A stretch of DNA of 64,000 nt from a virus, in IMG/VR virus record IMGVR_UViG_3300042905_003268, positions 39,780-103,779 of that record. One strand, written 5' to 3'. The position numbers and the translations under genes are program-made. Below, piece by piece: positions 31,172 to 41,123 of this stretch (within the stretch, counting starts at the first letter, position 1; each line of letters begins with the position of its first letter). Under the pieces are notes generated by a model. It had not been told where the DNA came from. It worked only from the letters and a program-made list of their open reading frames with translations, and ran no database searches.

Positions 31172-33550
31172 TTACTCAGAAACAGATATGTTTTGCCATC
31201 TATTTTCTATAGCCTTAATCTTTGGAAGAGTTGTCATTTCAAAATACCTTCCTCCGTCGATAGATATTGATTGAACTGGTGATTGATTATCTAATAATGA
31301 AATTTCATCATCTTCTTCACATACAATTTTTACTCTTCCTATGAGTGCCTGATTTTTTAAATCTAAATAATTAGTGACGGAAGATGGAACATTTTCATTT
31401 ATTGTTAATTCTCCTACAGACCCAGACATTCCATTTAATCCAGACCTATCAGATCCTATAAATATAGTATCTGGTTCCGTAGTTCCAAAGTCTAGCGCTA
31501 TGTGATAGAAGTCTTTATCATTTAACTGCGTATTAGAGTTTGCCACGACTCCATCTACATATAAAGTAAACGTTCCGGTTTTCTGCAGCCCACCTGATGT
31601 ATAGGTTAATTTTTTATTTATAGATGATAAAGTATCTATTATTGTAAATGTCTCTGTTGTAGGGATCGAATCTAATTTAACTATAAAGTCTATAAATCTA
31701 ATAGTTGTTAGCCCAGAATCATCATATGGGTATACCATCCCACCACTAGTTTTTTGATTAATAAATTTAATTCCTAAATTATCTGGTTTAGATAAAATAG
31801 ATGATGATTCTGTATTTATAATATATGGCTCTACTTTTATTCCTGATGACGATGTAGGTATTGTAGATATTGTATATAATGCATTTTCTGATGCAATTTC
31901 AACATCTTGATATAAAACTAAATATAAATTATTAAAAACTGCCAGATCATTTTCAGAATCATCAGTAAATAAATTTATTTTTATGTTTATTGGATCATTG
32001 TTTTCATAATCCAAGTCTGGAATTATTGTATTTGAATTTATCTGTACATTGTTTACATATACTGTGGAATTTTTAGATGCAGTATTATATGTGATGCAAC
32101 TAGATAATATATTTTCCGTAGGGGTAAATGAATAGTACCATTGACCCCGCTGAGATACTTTTAGATTTCCTAATAACTTTAGGGTGTACTTACCTACGTC
32201 TGTAAAATTAATCTGAGAAAATTCTATTGCTTGATCTATTGTAAAATTTTTAATTTTACCCACTAGCGGGGTGTCTCCTGAAGAACTATTACCTAAAGTA
32301 AAAAATGGAGTTGATGACATGGCGGGGAAAGGATATTGATATGATAATTCTTGACTATTAACCTTTAATGAAACTAATTGATTATTAAAATTTACTGCAA
32401 CATTATGATATAAAGAAAAATTAGTTATTGCAGATGACTGCAAAATATTTTCTTCTGTCCCATCAAGGTACGTTAGAGACAAAGTGATCTTTTTATCTGC
32501 AGACTTATATAATCTGCATGATTGATAATTATCTAGGGGTCCAAACTCTAGCAATGTCTCTTCTTTTGCAGAATTATTTATTTGCTCTAGTACTTTTGAT
32601 TGGAATCTAATACAAAAATTGGAACTATTAATAGATTTTTTTATGTCAATTAAATTCAAGTATGTGGATTCTCCTAGAGAAAGCCCCTCCCCATTCAATT
32701 GATATTGATCTCCTATAATTATAGGATTTGCATACTCAACTAAGTTTATACTGTCTTCAAAAACTTCAATGTTATTTGATAGTGAATTCGATAGGGCGTC
32801 TGGTGATGTTAGTAGTACTTTTTGTTGACTAAGTATTGGCAAATATGACAGATTAAAATAGTCTGCTCCATATATAGAAGATATTTCTTTTAGTTTAGGC
32901 AAATATTTGCTCCATGCAGACCTTCTGTTTATTTGATTATTAGAAATTACATATGAATATAACGCTAGAGCATTTATAAAAAAGGGCATAGATGTGTTTG
33001 CAGAAGGACCAATTATTATATCTGGAGCAGATGTGTCTGGCAATAGGTACTCAGAACCCAGTAATATTTTTTCTATACTATTGTTTACTATAAGAGTAAG
33101 AACTTTATTTTCATATGTAATTGCTACATAATTAGAAGAATCCCATGTTGATACTGGAATAAAAACTTGTTGTGAGTCTGACTCTAGGTATATTTTATCT
33201 GATTTTATATAGCATTTTAAAAAATTTCCTATAGTAATTAAAGAATGATTATTCTCTATAGAAGATGATTCGATAGAAAAGAAGAACTCTATTGTAAAAT
33301 TTTTATTTTCTGAACCCTTTAAAAATAATCCATATACATTATCTATAGTCGCAGTTTTGTCATTTGTAAACTTGGCAGATTTTTTACATCCTGGAACTAT
33401 TGGTTTATAGTTATCTAAAATTCCAGAAATATTAATATTATTTGATCTTTTAGATAAGTCTTCTATACTAGTTGATCCAGCATTGTATTCAGGGGCAAAC
33501 TCCCAATATCCATAAGGATTTTCTGAAAGAACTATCTGGGAATATGACAT
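31172..33550 (-). CDS. Large virion-type protein with LamG/concanavalin-like domains
   Basis: MSYSQIVLSENPYGYW; FTIEFF...YVAITY...ALYSY lectin-fold pattern. Confidence 0.6.
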   Translation of the reverse strand: MSYSQIVLSENPYGYWEFAPEYNAGSTSIEDLSKRSNNINISGILDNYKPIVPGCKKSAKFTNDKTATIDNVYGLFLKGSENKNFTIEFFFSIESSSIENNHSLITIGNFLKCYIKSDKIYLESDSQQVFIPVSTWDSSNYVAITYENKVLTLIVNNSIEKILLGSEYLLPDTSAPDIIIGPSANTSMPFFINALALYSYVISNNQINRRSAWSKYLPKLKEISSIYGADYFNLSYLPILSQQKVLLTSPDALSNSLSNNIEVFEDSINLVEYANPIIIGDQYQLNGEGLSLGESTYLNLIDIKKSINSSNFCIRFQSKVLEQINNSAKEETLLEFGPLDNYQSCRLYKSADKKITLSLTYLDGTEENILQSSAITNFSLYHNVAVNFNNQLVSLKVNSQELSYQYPFPAMSSTPFFTLGNSSSGDTPLVGKIKNFTIDQAIEFSQINFTDVGKYTLKLLGNLKVSQRGQWYYSFTPTENILSSCITYNTASKNSTVYVNNVQINSNTIIPDLDYENNDPINIKINLFTDDSENDLAVFNNLYLVLYQDVEIASENALYTISTIPTSSSGIKVEPYIINTESSSILSKPDNLGIKFINQKTSGGMVYPYDDSGLTTIRFIDFIVKLDSIPTTETFTIIDTLSSINKKLTYTSGGLQKTGTFTLYVDGVVANSNTQLNDKDFYHIALDFGTTEPDTIFIGSDRSGLNGMSGSVGELTINENVPSSVTNYLDLKNQALIGRVKIVCEEDDEISLLDNQSPVQSISIDGGRYFEMTTLPKIKAIENRWQNISVSE

Positions 33551-33556
33551 ATATTA

Positions 33557-33562
33557 ATTATA
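33557..33562 (-). promoter_or_regulatory. -10 TATAAT, leaderless
   Basis: 6 nt before ATG 33550. Confidence 0.55.
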
Positions 33563-33564
33563 TC

Positions 33565-34137
33565 TTATTTATACCAGAATACTGGGCAAATGTATCTTTC
33601 AGAGCCATATGCTGGTTTAGGATCATGAATATAAGGGTGGGTAGAGGGGAATATTATCATGCTACCCGCCTCTGGCTTTATAGAAAGCCCATAATTTGGA
33701 AACTCAAGTTCTCCACCCTCGTAATCATCATTTAAGTAAAGAACTCCAGATATGTATGCATTTTGAGAATCATCAGTATGCGGACCCATGAATGTTCCTT
33801 CATGATACTTACATATAAGTGGAGGTATTAAAGATTTTAAAGTTAAATTATTTTTTTCAGAATAATTTTCAGCAGACATAGATATAGCATTAAAAATAAT
33901 ATCATATAAATATTTTTCTTCAATTGTGGATTCTTTATATTTATGATAATTTATTTTTTTTAAATCACCGAATAAAGTAGGACTATTCCCAGATGATTTC
34001 CATTCAGACCAAGAACCTATCAGACTTCCTTTAGATCCCACACTATTTATTAAATCTATTATTTTTAAATTTTTAGGTATTAAATCTCGGTAATAATGTA
34101 TTTTAGTGTCATCAATTCCCAGATCTTCCTGGATCAT
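33565..34137 (-). CDS. 2OG-Fe(II) oxygenase, P4H-like
   Basis: HTD...YLNDDYEGGEL.FP...H...ERY. Confidence 0.85.
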   Translation of the reverse strand: MIQEDLGIDDTKIHYYRDLIPKNLKIIDLINSVGSKGSLIGSWSEWKSSGNSPTLFGDLKKINYHKYKESTIEEKYLYDIIFNAISMSAENYSEKNNLTLKSLIPPLICKYHEGTFMGPHTDDSQNAYISGVLYLNDDYEGGELEFPNYGLSIKPEAGSMIIFPSTHPYIHDPKPAYGSERYICPVFWYK

Positions 34138-34871
34138 GCGAACTTATTTCCCTTTGCCCATTCTTCTCTTTGCTGCTCTTGTTCTTTTCTTATGTTCTTT
34201 ATTTCTTCTTCCCACTCTAATTTTAATTCTTCAGAGTAGTCTGCATCACTATAGTCCCAGAAAGAAACCATGGTGTATCTAGTTCCTTTAGTTATTTCTG
34301 AAACACCATGTATATTTTCTACCCCTCCTGGAAAGCATATTAAAGAATATGCATTAGGCTTAAAGGATATATCATGCTCTGGAAAATAAAGTTGTCCACC
34401 TTCATAGTCATCATTTAGGTACAAAATTCCAACATACTTATTTATTTGAAAAGAATTTGGATTTCCATCAAAATCGGAGTTATCTGAATGTACTGATGCG
34501 AAGCCCCCTACGTCCCATTTTTGTGCATGAGAGGTGTTTGGTTTTACCTTCTTATCAAAGATTTTTTCTATTGCTTCTTGAAATTTTAAACTAATAGATG
34601 GAAAAAAATTTCTGTCTAAATTGAATTTATCTAGATCTTCATCTCCTGGCATTAAGCCCATACCAGAAGATCCATAAAATGCTATTGGACCCCACATATC
34701 TGCTTTGCACTCAAAGTACTCTGTCATTGCTTTTGCAGTATCTGGAGAGACAAAGTTTGGCACTTCTATAATTCTATTTTTTTCTACACCTAGTCTACTT
34801 TTTTCATTTAAATTATCTTCATCTTTATAAATTATGAAATCTTTTTCATCAATATTTTCAATTATACTCAT
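34134..34871 (-). CDS. 2OG-Fe(II) oxygenase, P4H-like
   Basis: HSD...YLNDDYEGGQLYFP...HGV..ITKGTRY. Confidence 0.85.
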   Translation of the reverse strand: MSIIENIDEKDFIIYKDEDNLNEKSRLGVEKNRIIEVPNFVSPDTAKAMTEYFECKADMWGPIAFYGSSGMGLMPGDEDLDKFNLDRNFFPSISLKFQEAIEKIFDKKVKPNTSHAQKWDVGGFASVHSDNSDFDGNPNSFQINKYVGILYLNDDYEGGQLYFPEHDISFKPNAYSLICFPGGVENIHGVSEITKGTRYTMVSFWDYSDADYSEELKLEWEEEIKNIRKEQEQQREEWAKGNKFA

Positions 34872-35539
34872 GGCTTTCTATCTCCCGTATGCTTCATTAT
34901 CGTCCAAAAGAAGGGGACTGTGTATCTAATTCCAGACTTGACCTCTCTAATTCCATGTATATAGTTCATATCTCCAGGGAAAAAGTAGGCAGCACCTTTC
35001 TTGGGCTTAAATTCTATTCCTTGGTTTGGGAAGTAAAGTTCCCCGCCCTCATAATCATCATTAATATAAAAAAGACCAGCGATATCATACCAAGGGAAAC
35101 TATTAGGCTTTCCTGCGTCTGGACCCTCATGTAATTCTTTATCTGCATGAGGCATTTGAAGTTGCCCTGGCAACCACCTGACCATTGCGGGGGTGGTTGG
35201 ATGAACATCTACATTAAAAAAAGAATCAACTTCTTTTTTTAACCTATCCACCATTTCTTCAATTGTATCAACTATAGATGGATCTGTTTTCATTATATTT
35301 GGATATGTAACAACTCTATCTACCCAATAACTGTGGTCGTATGTGACAGTTCCATTTTCGTTTATATCACTTTCAGTAACGTCCCATACTTTATTATTTC
35401 TTATAAAGTTATTTAATTTAATTATTTCTTCATCTAAAATAAAATTTTCTATAGTTACAATATTAGAGGCATCTTTGCCAAAGAAGCCGGAAGGAGTTAT
35501 GGATACGGGATCTCCCTGTATTCTATCTCTATCTACCAT
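34868..35539 (-). CDS. 2OG-Fe(II) oxygenase, P4H-like
   Basis: HAD...YINDDYEGGELYFP...HGI..VKSGIRY. Confidence 0.85.
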   Translation of the reverse strand: MVDRDRIQGDPVSITPSGFFGKDASNIVTIENFILDEEIIKLNNFIRNNKVWDVTESDINENGTVTYDHSYWVDRVVTYPNIMKTDPSIVDTIEEMVDRLKKEVDSFFNVDVHPTTPAMVRWLPGQLQMPHADKELHEGPDAGKPNSFPWYDIAGLFYINDDYEGGELYFPNQGIEFKPKKGAAYFFPGDMNYIHGIREVKSGIRYTVPFFWTIMKHTGDRKP

Positions 35540-36261
35540 TACACATACTTCCTTCTATGCCATACTTCATTTAAATATACTCCGCCGTTTGGTACTCTAT
35601 ACTTTATAGAGTTTTCAATTATTCTATTTTCCATGGAGAATGGATCTATCACCTTATGGCTATGTTCCCAATCTTCTCTCTTAAATGGAAAAAGTTGTAC
35701 ATATGGAGTTCCTTTAGGTATTATACCAGACCAATCCTTTGCTATAAAAAACGGTATAGTCCCAGGAATGTCTACGCAATCTGAATCAACTACTCCAGAA
35801 GTATTTAGGAATGGTAAATCAAATCTATTGAATGGCTGAGAAAACAATACACTATATCCTTCTGGAACTGAAGGCATCCAATCTGGCCACCAGGCAAAGT
35901 GTTTATCTCTATACCCCATTGGACTTTCAAACCCTGGCATTTTGTCTCTATAATGAATAAAATCTTGGCACTTTGGGTCAGAAATATCTACATGGAGTTC
36001 TCCATCCTCTTCAATAAATTCTATATCGCAAGGTGTTTTTAACACATATCCAGTTGCAAGTATGTCATATATTGCTGGGCAGGCTTTCCATGAAGGTATT
36101 TTACCTCCATCCATTCCAATAAAATCGTTTCCATCTTCGTCTTTTGCGTATCTATCCGCCTTTAAATACCACTCAGGGATTTCTTTAGATGCTGGACCAG
36201 GAGCGCTAGCACTTTTTTTATTCAGCCAGGTGCGGCTTGGAACAAATTCTATTTTATTCAT
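35539..36261 (-). CDS. Conserved phage protein (DUF6065-like / dUTPase-like beta fold)
   Basis: IPEWY...KACP..YD...GY...SGVVD.D...IPKGTPYVQLFPFKRE; paralog of 42959..43651. Confidence 0.5.
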   Translation of the reverse strand: MNKIEFVPSRTWLNKKSASAPGPASKEIPEWYLKADRYAKDEDGNDFIGMDGGKIPSWKACPAIYDILATGYVLKTPCDIEFIEEDGELHVDISDPKCQDFIHYRDKMPGFESPMGYRDKHFAWWPDWMPSVPEGYSVLFSQPFNRFDLPFLNTSGVVDSDCVDIPGTIPFFIAKDWSGIIPKGTPYVQLFPFKREDWEHSHKVIDPFSMENRIIENSIKYRVPNGGVYLNEVWHRRKYV

Positions 36262-36955
36262 GCTCCACTCTCATAGTTATTTTTTTAACTTCATGTTCTC
36301 CTGCTTTATTACCTTTATGATCTATAGCATTTCGATAAAAATGTGTCCACTCCCCCTTGGAATTCATTTCTTCAGAAACTACTGCTTTTTCTCTGTTAAA
36401 GATATTCCATTCTTCAGAATTCATAAAATCTGGATTTTTATTTTTAACTACCAATTCAATATTATTAATTTCAGATAAAGATACTGGAAGTATTGATGCT
36501 AGTGGCGTGCCCTTTGGAATAAATATTTCCTCATCTTGTTTTGTTACCATTAAAGAAATAGGAAGTTGATTATATAGAACAGAAGTACTGATTATTGTGC
36601 TAATACATTGTACTCCATCTATAAATACATTAGGAGGAGGCATAGTTAATATTGAAATATTTTCTTCTGGAGAAAAAATAATTCCCGTATCAATACTAAC
36701 TGTTCTATTGGCTCTTCTATTTGAAACATACATATTTTCAGTAATTATATCTACATAATTATTTTCGCTTTTACTTTTTAATGTAAATCTAATATCTTCT
36801 TGAAATGATATTGACCATCCTAGCCTATTTGCCATAGTTAATGGAAAACATTGGTATGCATGTTTGTCAAATGTCTCGTCCATCCAGTCTCTATGTGGAG
36901 GCATTTGATCTATAATGCATGGAGATTCTTTACTTCTATAGGCAACTATTTTCAT
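36254..36955 (-). CDS. DUF6065-like protein
   Basis: RDWMD...HAYQCFPLTMANRLGW...PPN...KGTP. Confidence 0.6.
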   Translation of the reverse strand: MKIVAYRSKESPCIIDQMPPHRDWMDETFDKHAYQCFPLTMANRLGWSISFQEDIRFTLKSKSENNYVDIITENMYVSNRRANRTVSIDTGIIFSPEENISILTMPPPNVFIDGVQCISTIISTSVLYNQLPISLMVTKQDEEIFIPKGTPLASILPVSLSEINNIELVVKNKNPDFMNSEEWNIFNREKAVVSEEMNSKGEWTHFYRNAIDHKGNKAGEHEVKKITMRVEHE

Positions 36956-37656
36956 TAATTCCCGGTTTCTTGATAAAAATTATTATTATGAAATTTATCT
37001 GAATAGTCCAACATTGTAACGATAGAATACTTTGTACCGCTTACAACTGGCAATGATTTATGTGGATACATAAAGTTAGATGGGAATACGAAAAGGTCAC
37101 CCGCCCTTGGCTTGATTTTTAGTTTCTGTAGCCTAAATTCTAACTCTCCGCCTTCATAGTCATCATTAGGATATCCTACTAAAGATACTACGCAGTTGTA
37201 AGAATATCCATGGTCTGTATGCTCTTGGAAGTGTTGTCCTGGCCCATACTTAACAAAATTCATGGCCTCCCAGTATCTAACCTCACCAATATTAAATGAT
37301 CTACAATAATTTTTTACTGCAGGAAGTTTTAGATCGTACAGTTCTTGCCATAAACTTTTTAACTTTTCTCCAGAGTCAGAATTATCATGCTCTATATCAC
37401 TTCTTTTATATTTAAAGTCAAAGCAATCTCTGTACTCTGGCATTTTCATTCCGTACCCGACCATCGCCTCTTGATAGAAATACATGTTAGAAGAATCATT
37501 AAGAACTTCTTCTACCTTATCAATAGAGTGCTTGGGAACTAAGTCTCTGTACACAAAAATTCCAGGCCCAACCTGATCTACTGAACTCCAAGTTTCCTTA
37601 TCGTATCGATAGAAATCCTGTATTCTTTTACTTACATCATCTTGATTCTCTTGCAC
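36955..37656 (-). CDS. 2OG-Fe(II) oxygenase, P4H-like
   Basis: HTD...NDDYEGGEL.F...FPS...H..LPV.SGTKY. Confidence 0.85.
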   Translation of the reverse strand: MQENQDDVSKRIQDFYRYDKETWSSVDQVGPGIFVYRDLVPKHSIDKVEEVLNDSSNMYFYQEAMVGYGMKMPEYRDCFDFKYKRSDIEHDNSDSGEKLKSLWQELYDLKLPAVKNYCRSFNIGEVRYWEAMNFVKYGPGQHFQEHTDHGYSYNCVVSLVGYPNDDYEGGELEFRLQKLKIKPRAGDLFVFPSNFMYPHKSLPVVSGTKYSIVTMLDYSDKFHNNNFYQETGN

Positions 37657-37671
37657 ACTACACCTCTCAAT

Positions 37672-38406
37672 TTAATAAATTAGTTTTTCATTGACTAAAT
37701 TGTAGTCAAAGTACTTCATTCTTCCCCTGGAATTATAATCACTCATAACTACTAATGAATATTTTGTTCCACTTATCATAGGAAGAGATGCATGTTCATA
37801 AATATATGTTGAAGGGAAAATAAACAAGTCCCCGCGCTCTGGCTTTACTTTAAGATCAAATCGCGGGAAATATAATTCTCCACCTTCGTAGTTATCATTT
37901 AAATATCCAACCATAGAAATGGTAGATACATAGGCTGGACCGTGATCTGCATGAATATTAAAATGCTTTCCTTGACCATCATACTTTACAAAATTAAATA
38001 CTTCAAAGTAGTTGACTTGAACTCCCCAGTACTGCCCGTAGTCTTGAGAGCAGGGAAATAAATGTTGAAAACTTTTTTCATGTATATTATATAACTCATG
38101 ATTTTCATCATTTTTTTCACCCAGGCATCCGTGTCCAATTTTAAAATCAACACAGTTTCTTGCGTCTAGCAGAGGATCTTTTGATTCGGTGACTGTGGCA
38201 CTTTGCCAATTATATAAAGAGTTTTTATTTAATTTTTTTTCTAAGGTTTCAATGATATTACTACATAATTCTTCTGGAAAACAATTTTTATATATGTTGA
38301 TTCCTAGTGCTGGATTTTCAACAATTATATTGTTAGATATGCTTCTAGGTGTTTTCCTATTAGTATCTGTTTCTGATCGATCTTTGTTATGCCAATCATT
38401 CATCAT
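37672..38406 (-). CDS. 2OG-Fe(II) oxygenase, P4H-like
   Basis: HAD...YLNDNYEGGELYFP...H..LPMISGTKY; start moved to the ATG after AAGGA. Confidence 0.85.
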   Translation of the reverse strand: MMNDWHNKDRSETDTNRKTPRSISNNIIVENPALGINIYKNCFPEELCSNIIETLEKKLNKNSLYNWQSATVTESKDPLLDARNCVDFKIGHGCLGEKNDENHELYNIHEKSFQHLFPCSQDYGQYWGVQVNYFEVFNFVKYDGQGKHFNIHADHGPAYVSTISMVGYLNDNYEGGELYFPRFDLKVKPERGDLFIFPSTYIYEHASLPMISGTKYSLVVMSDYNSRGRMKYFDYNLVNEKLIY

Positions 38407-39715
38407 TTTCCTTATTATTATATACCACGCAGTCCTGAGAAATATAGAATTTTTCAGTATCACATTCAATTATATAAGAATTAACTGAAACATTTTCAAT
38501 GCATTCTATATTTTCTACAGCAGTCCAGTTCATGTCGTTAACATTAAAAATTTCATAAGACTCATCTATTTCTGAAGCGGATGTAAATTGTACCAATCCA
38601 TCTTTCTTACTAAGGATATGAGTATTATCAACAAACCAGTTGCTATTTATCTGATAGATAGATGAATCCCTATTATCTACAGAAATATTAACTACCTCTG
38701 TCTCTTTTGCTTCTATGTCATCTATTGATGCAAAGTCTTCTTCTGGAATGGCAAGTCCATATATATCTTGTATATTTAGAGTAAGAACCTTGTCACCCTC
38801 CTGAAGTTCTTGGGCAGCGACATATCCATCTACCGTCAAAATGTAGGTGTCGGATGATGTTGATGTAAATCTTGGGAACCTTGGTGGGAAGAACGGTGGG
38901 AAGAATGGGAACCTTGGTGGGAAGAACGGTGGGAAGAACGGGAACCTTGGGGGAAAAAATGGAGGGAAGAACGGTGGAAAAAACGGTGGGAAGAATGGAA
39001 AAAATGGTGGGAAGAATGGAAAAAATGGAGGAAAGAATGGAGGAAAGAATGGAGGGAAAAACGGGAAGAATGGGAAGAACGGAGGAAAGAATGGTGGGAA
39101 GAATGGTGGGAAGAATGGAGCCGTTGTTGTAACGCTAGAAGAATATGGAGACCATTCACTAAAACCATTAGCATTTTCTGTTCTTACTCTGTAGGTTTGA
39201 GAAGTTCCACCTTCTTGCGCTACTGTAACTGATGTTGATGTAGTGTTTCCAGATTTAGCATCAGTACTTTCCCAATAATATCTTATTAATGCCTTTCCGC
39301 CATTTGCTGGAACACTCCAGGAAACTGTGTCTTCATTCGCTACTGATGATGATGCAGTAGGCGCAGACATAGTTTGCGGTACGGTTGTTACAGCAATAGA
39401 GGTGCTATTCGCAGACGGAGAAGAGTTTCCTGAAGAATTTGTTGCAATAACATAAAATTGATAATTACCAGCAGCAATTCCAGATACAGTTATTGGTGAT
39501 GAAGATCCTGATGCTGTGTACCCGCCAGTTGCTGAATACACAGTATATGATGTTGCTGGAGTAGATTCTGCAGGAAGAGAAAAAGATACGGTAGCCGCGC
39601 CATTATTAAATGCTCTACCAGTACCAATATCAGTTGCAGAAACATTAATAGGTGGGGAGGGTGCCAAAAAGTCGTTCTGCTGTGCAGACCTATTGCCAGA
39701 TTCTTTCTTAGCCAC
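38396..39715 (-). CDS. Virion-type protein: two FN3 domains, (PPFF)n tract and C-terminal Hint-like domain
   Basis: FN3 motifs; ~84-aa P/F(R) tract; STSSDTYILTVDG...EGDKVL...VVYN. Confidence 0.75.
   Translation of the reverse strand: MAKKESGNRSAQQNDFLAPSPPINVSATDIGTGRAFNNGAATVSFSLPAESTPATSYTVYSATGGYTASGSSSPITVSGIAAGNYQFYVIATNSSGNSSPSANSTSIAVTTVPQTMSAPTASSSVANEDTVSWSVPANGGKALIRYYWESTDAKSGNTTSTSVTVAQEGGTSQTYRVRTENANGFSEWSPYSSSVTTTAPFFPPFFPPFFPPFFPFFPFFPPFFPPFFPPFFPFFPPFFPFFPPFFPPFFPPFFPPRFPFFPPFFPPRFPFFPPFFPPRFPRFTSTSSDTYILTVDGYVAAQELQEGDKVLTLNIQDIYGLAIPEEDFASIDDIEAKETEVVNISVDNRDSSIYQINSNWFVDNTHILSKKDGLVQFTSASEIDESYEIFNVNDMNWTAVENIECIENVSVNSYIIECDTEKFYISQDCVVYNNKENDE
38867..39118 (-). repeat. 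Coding Pro/Phe tandem repeat
   Basis: GGGAAGAAYGGW-type 12-mers and 9-mers with synonymous variation. Confidence 0.95.
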
Positions 39716-39749
39716 TTTTCTCCCAGGTATCAGTAATCAGTATATCATA

Positions 39750-40766
39750 TTAAGTTTTAAGATCGCCATATACGATCCAAGAATTAGACGCTCTCTTTAA
39801 TAGAGTACATGAAGACCATCTTGTTCTTAGTTTTAGGCCAGGGGTGGCATTTACAGTAACTCCTACTGCTCCCGCAATTGTTACTTCTCCAGTATTTATT
39901 TGAAATACGTCAATGCTTGACCCTATTGGATAATTTAATGTCGAATCTGCTGGTATTGTTACTGTGGTTGCAGATGTACTATCCATTTCAATAATATTAT
40001 CTCTTAAGGTGAGAGCGTCAAGTGTATAACTAGATGTTTTATTTATAAATGATGATATAGAAGGAACGCCAACCTTAGTCTGAGTACCATCAGAAAATGC
40101 CACTCCAGAACTTGCTGTAACAAGTCCAGAGAATGTTGGGGCATTAACTACAGATACCTGTGTTCCAGAAACTGAAGTGTTTGTACCAGCAGTTATTGCT
40201 CCCGCTCCAGAGAATTGACTAAATGTTATTGGATCAGAACCTATAGTTCCTACAATTTCTGTCTGAACCCACCCAGTATTATCATTTGAAGTTCCTCCAG
40301 TTACGAATACAAAGTCTCCGCCATCAATTTCTGCTGGGGAATCAAAGTCAGACGCTCTTACCAATGCTGTTCCATTGAATACATAAATACCATTTTGAGA
40401 TGAGGTAGATTGATTCTTAACAAGTACTCTCATATTTGTGGTAAGGGTCACATTGTCAATAGAGGCGGGAGGAGATGAAAGATTAGAAATATTAGTTGTT
40501 GTAGCAGTAGCACATGATTCGTGTATATGAAGACCTTCTGTCGTTGAATCCACATATTCTTTTGTGGCAGCGTGCATTGCCTGAGTAGGGTCTGCATGTA
40601 AGGTAATAAATCCTGTGAAGGTATCTCCTGATTTACTGGCTTTACCGTCAACAGTTGTTGATAACGAACCTAATGCTGCTTCTGTGGCATAGTCTTCCAG
40701 GTCGGGGATTTTGATTGCTACATCTACCCACTCAGTTCCAGTCCATACTTTTATAGGTTTAGCCAT
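39750..40766 (-). CDS. Fibre / adaptor virion protein
   Basis: HAATKEYVD; RVLVKNQ...QNGIY; C-terminal domain shared with 44703..47138. Confidence 0.65.
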   Translation of the reverse strand: MAKPIKVWTGTEWVDVAIKIPDLEDYATEAALGSLSTTVDGKASKSGDTFTGFITLHADPTQAMHAATKEYVDSTTEGLHIHESCATATTTNISNLSSPPASIDNVTLTTNMRVLVKNQSTSSQNGIYVFNGTALVRASDFDSPAEIDGGDFVFVTGGTSNDNTGWVQTEIVGTIGSDPITFSQFSGAGAITAGTNTSVSGTQVSVVNAPTFSGLVTASSGVAFSDGTQTKVGVPSISSFINKTSSYTLDALTLRDNIIEMDSTSATTVTIPADSTLNYPIGSSIDVFQINTGEVTIAGAVGVTVNATPGLKLRTRWSSCTLLKRASNSWIVYGDLKT

Positions 40767-40772
40767 AGTTTA

Positions 40773-40778
40773 ATTATA
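40773..40778 (-). promoter_or_regulatory. -10 TATAAT, leaderless
   Basis: 6 nt before ATG 40766. Confidence 0.55.
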
Positions 40779-40783
40779 TCCTA

Positions 40784-41113
40784 TTAAAATTCTTCTATAG
40801 GTTGTACTGGACCCATGTCTTTCCAGGAAATGCTTTCTTCATCCCAGAACCAGGATCTGGTGTCATCATTTGGTACTCCTATTGGTGGAACCCAGGTGTT
40901 ATCAATTAATATCCATGATGGATACGGGCTTGGCATAATAATATTATTATTTTCTATAATACAACCTTCAAATACCTCTTCTTCAGATTCAACAATATCA
41001 AACTCCGAGTCTTTAAACTCATCTAATGTCGTACATGAAGATATTGCTGCATCCATATTGTCAGCAATAATAACCCTTTTTATTATATTGTTTTGTATAA
41101 TTGCAAACTTCAT
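40784..41113 (-). CDS. Small Trp/Pro-rich fibre-associated protein
   Basis: PSPYPSW..W.PP...W.WDE...W. Confidence 0.5.
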   Translation of the reverse strand: MKFAIIQNNIIKRVIIADNMDAAISSCTTLDEFKDSEFDIVESEEEVFEGCIIENNNIIMPSPYPSWILIDNTWVPPIGVPNDDTRSWFWDEESISWKDMGPVQPIEEF

Positions 41114-41123
41114 ATTAACTCCT

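Noticed and set aside
38836-39194. Alternative-frame ORFs over the PF tract: (GGKN)n, (HSSH)n, (GRME)n
   Set aside because: Shadows of the repeat. The PF frame is continuous with the FN3 and Hint domains, and the others have no supporting start context.
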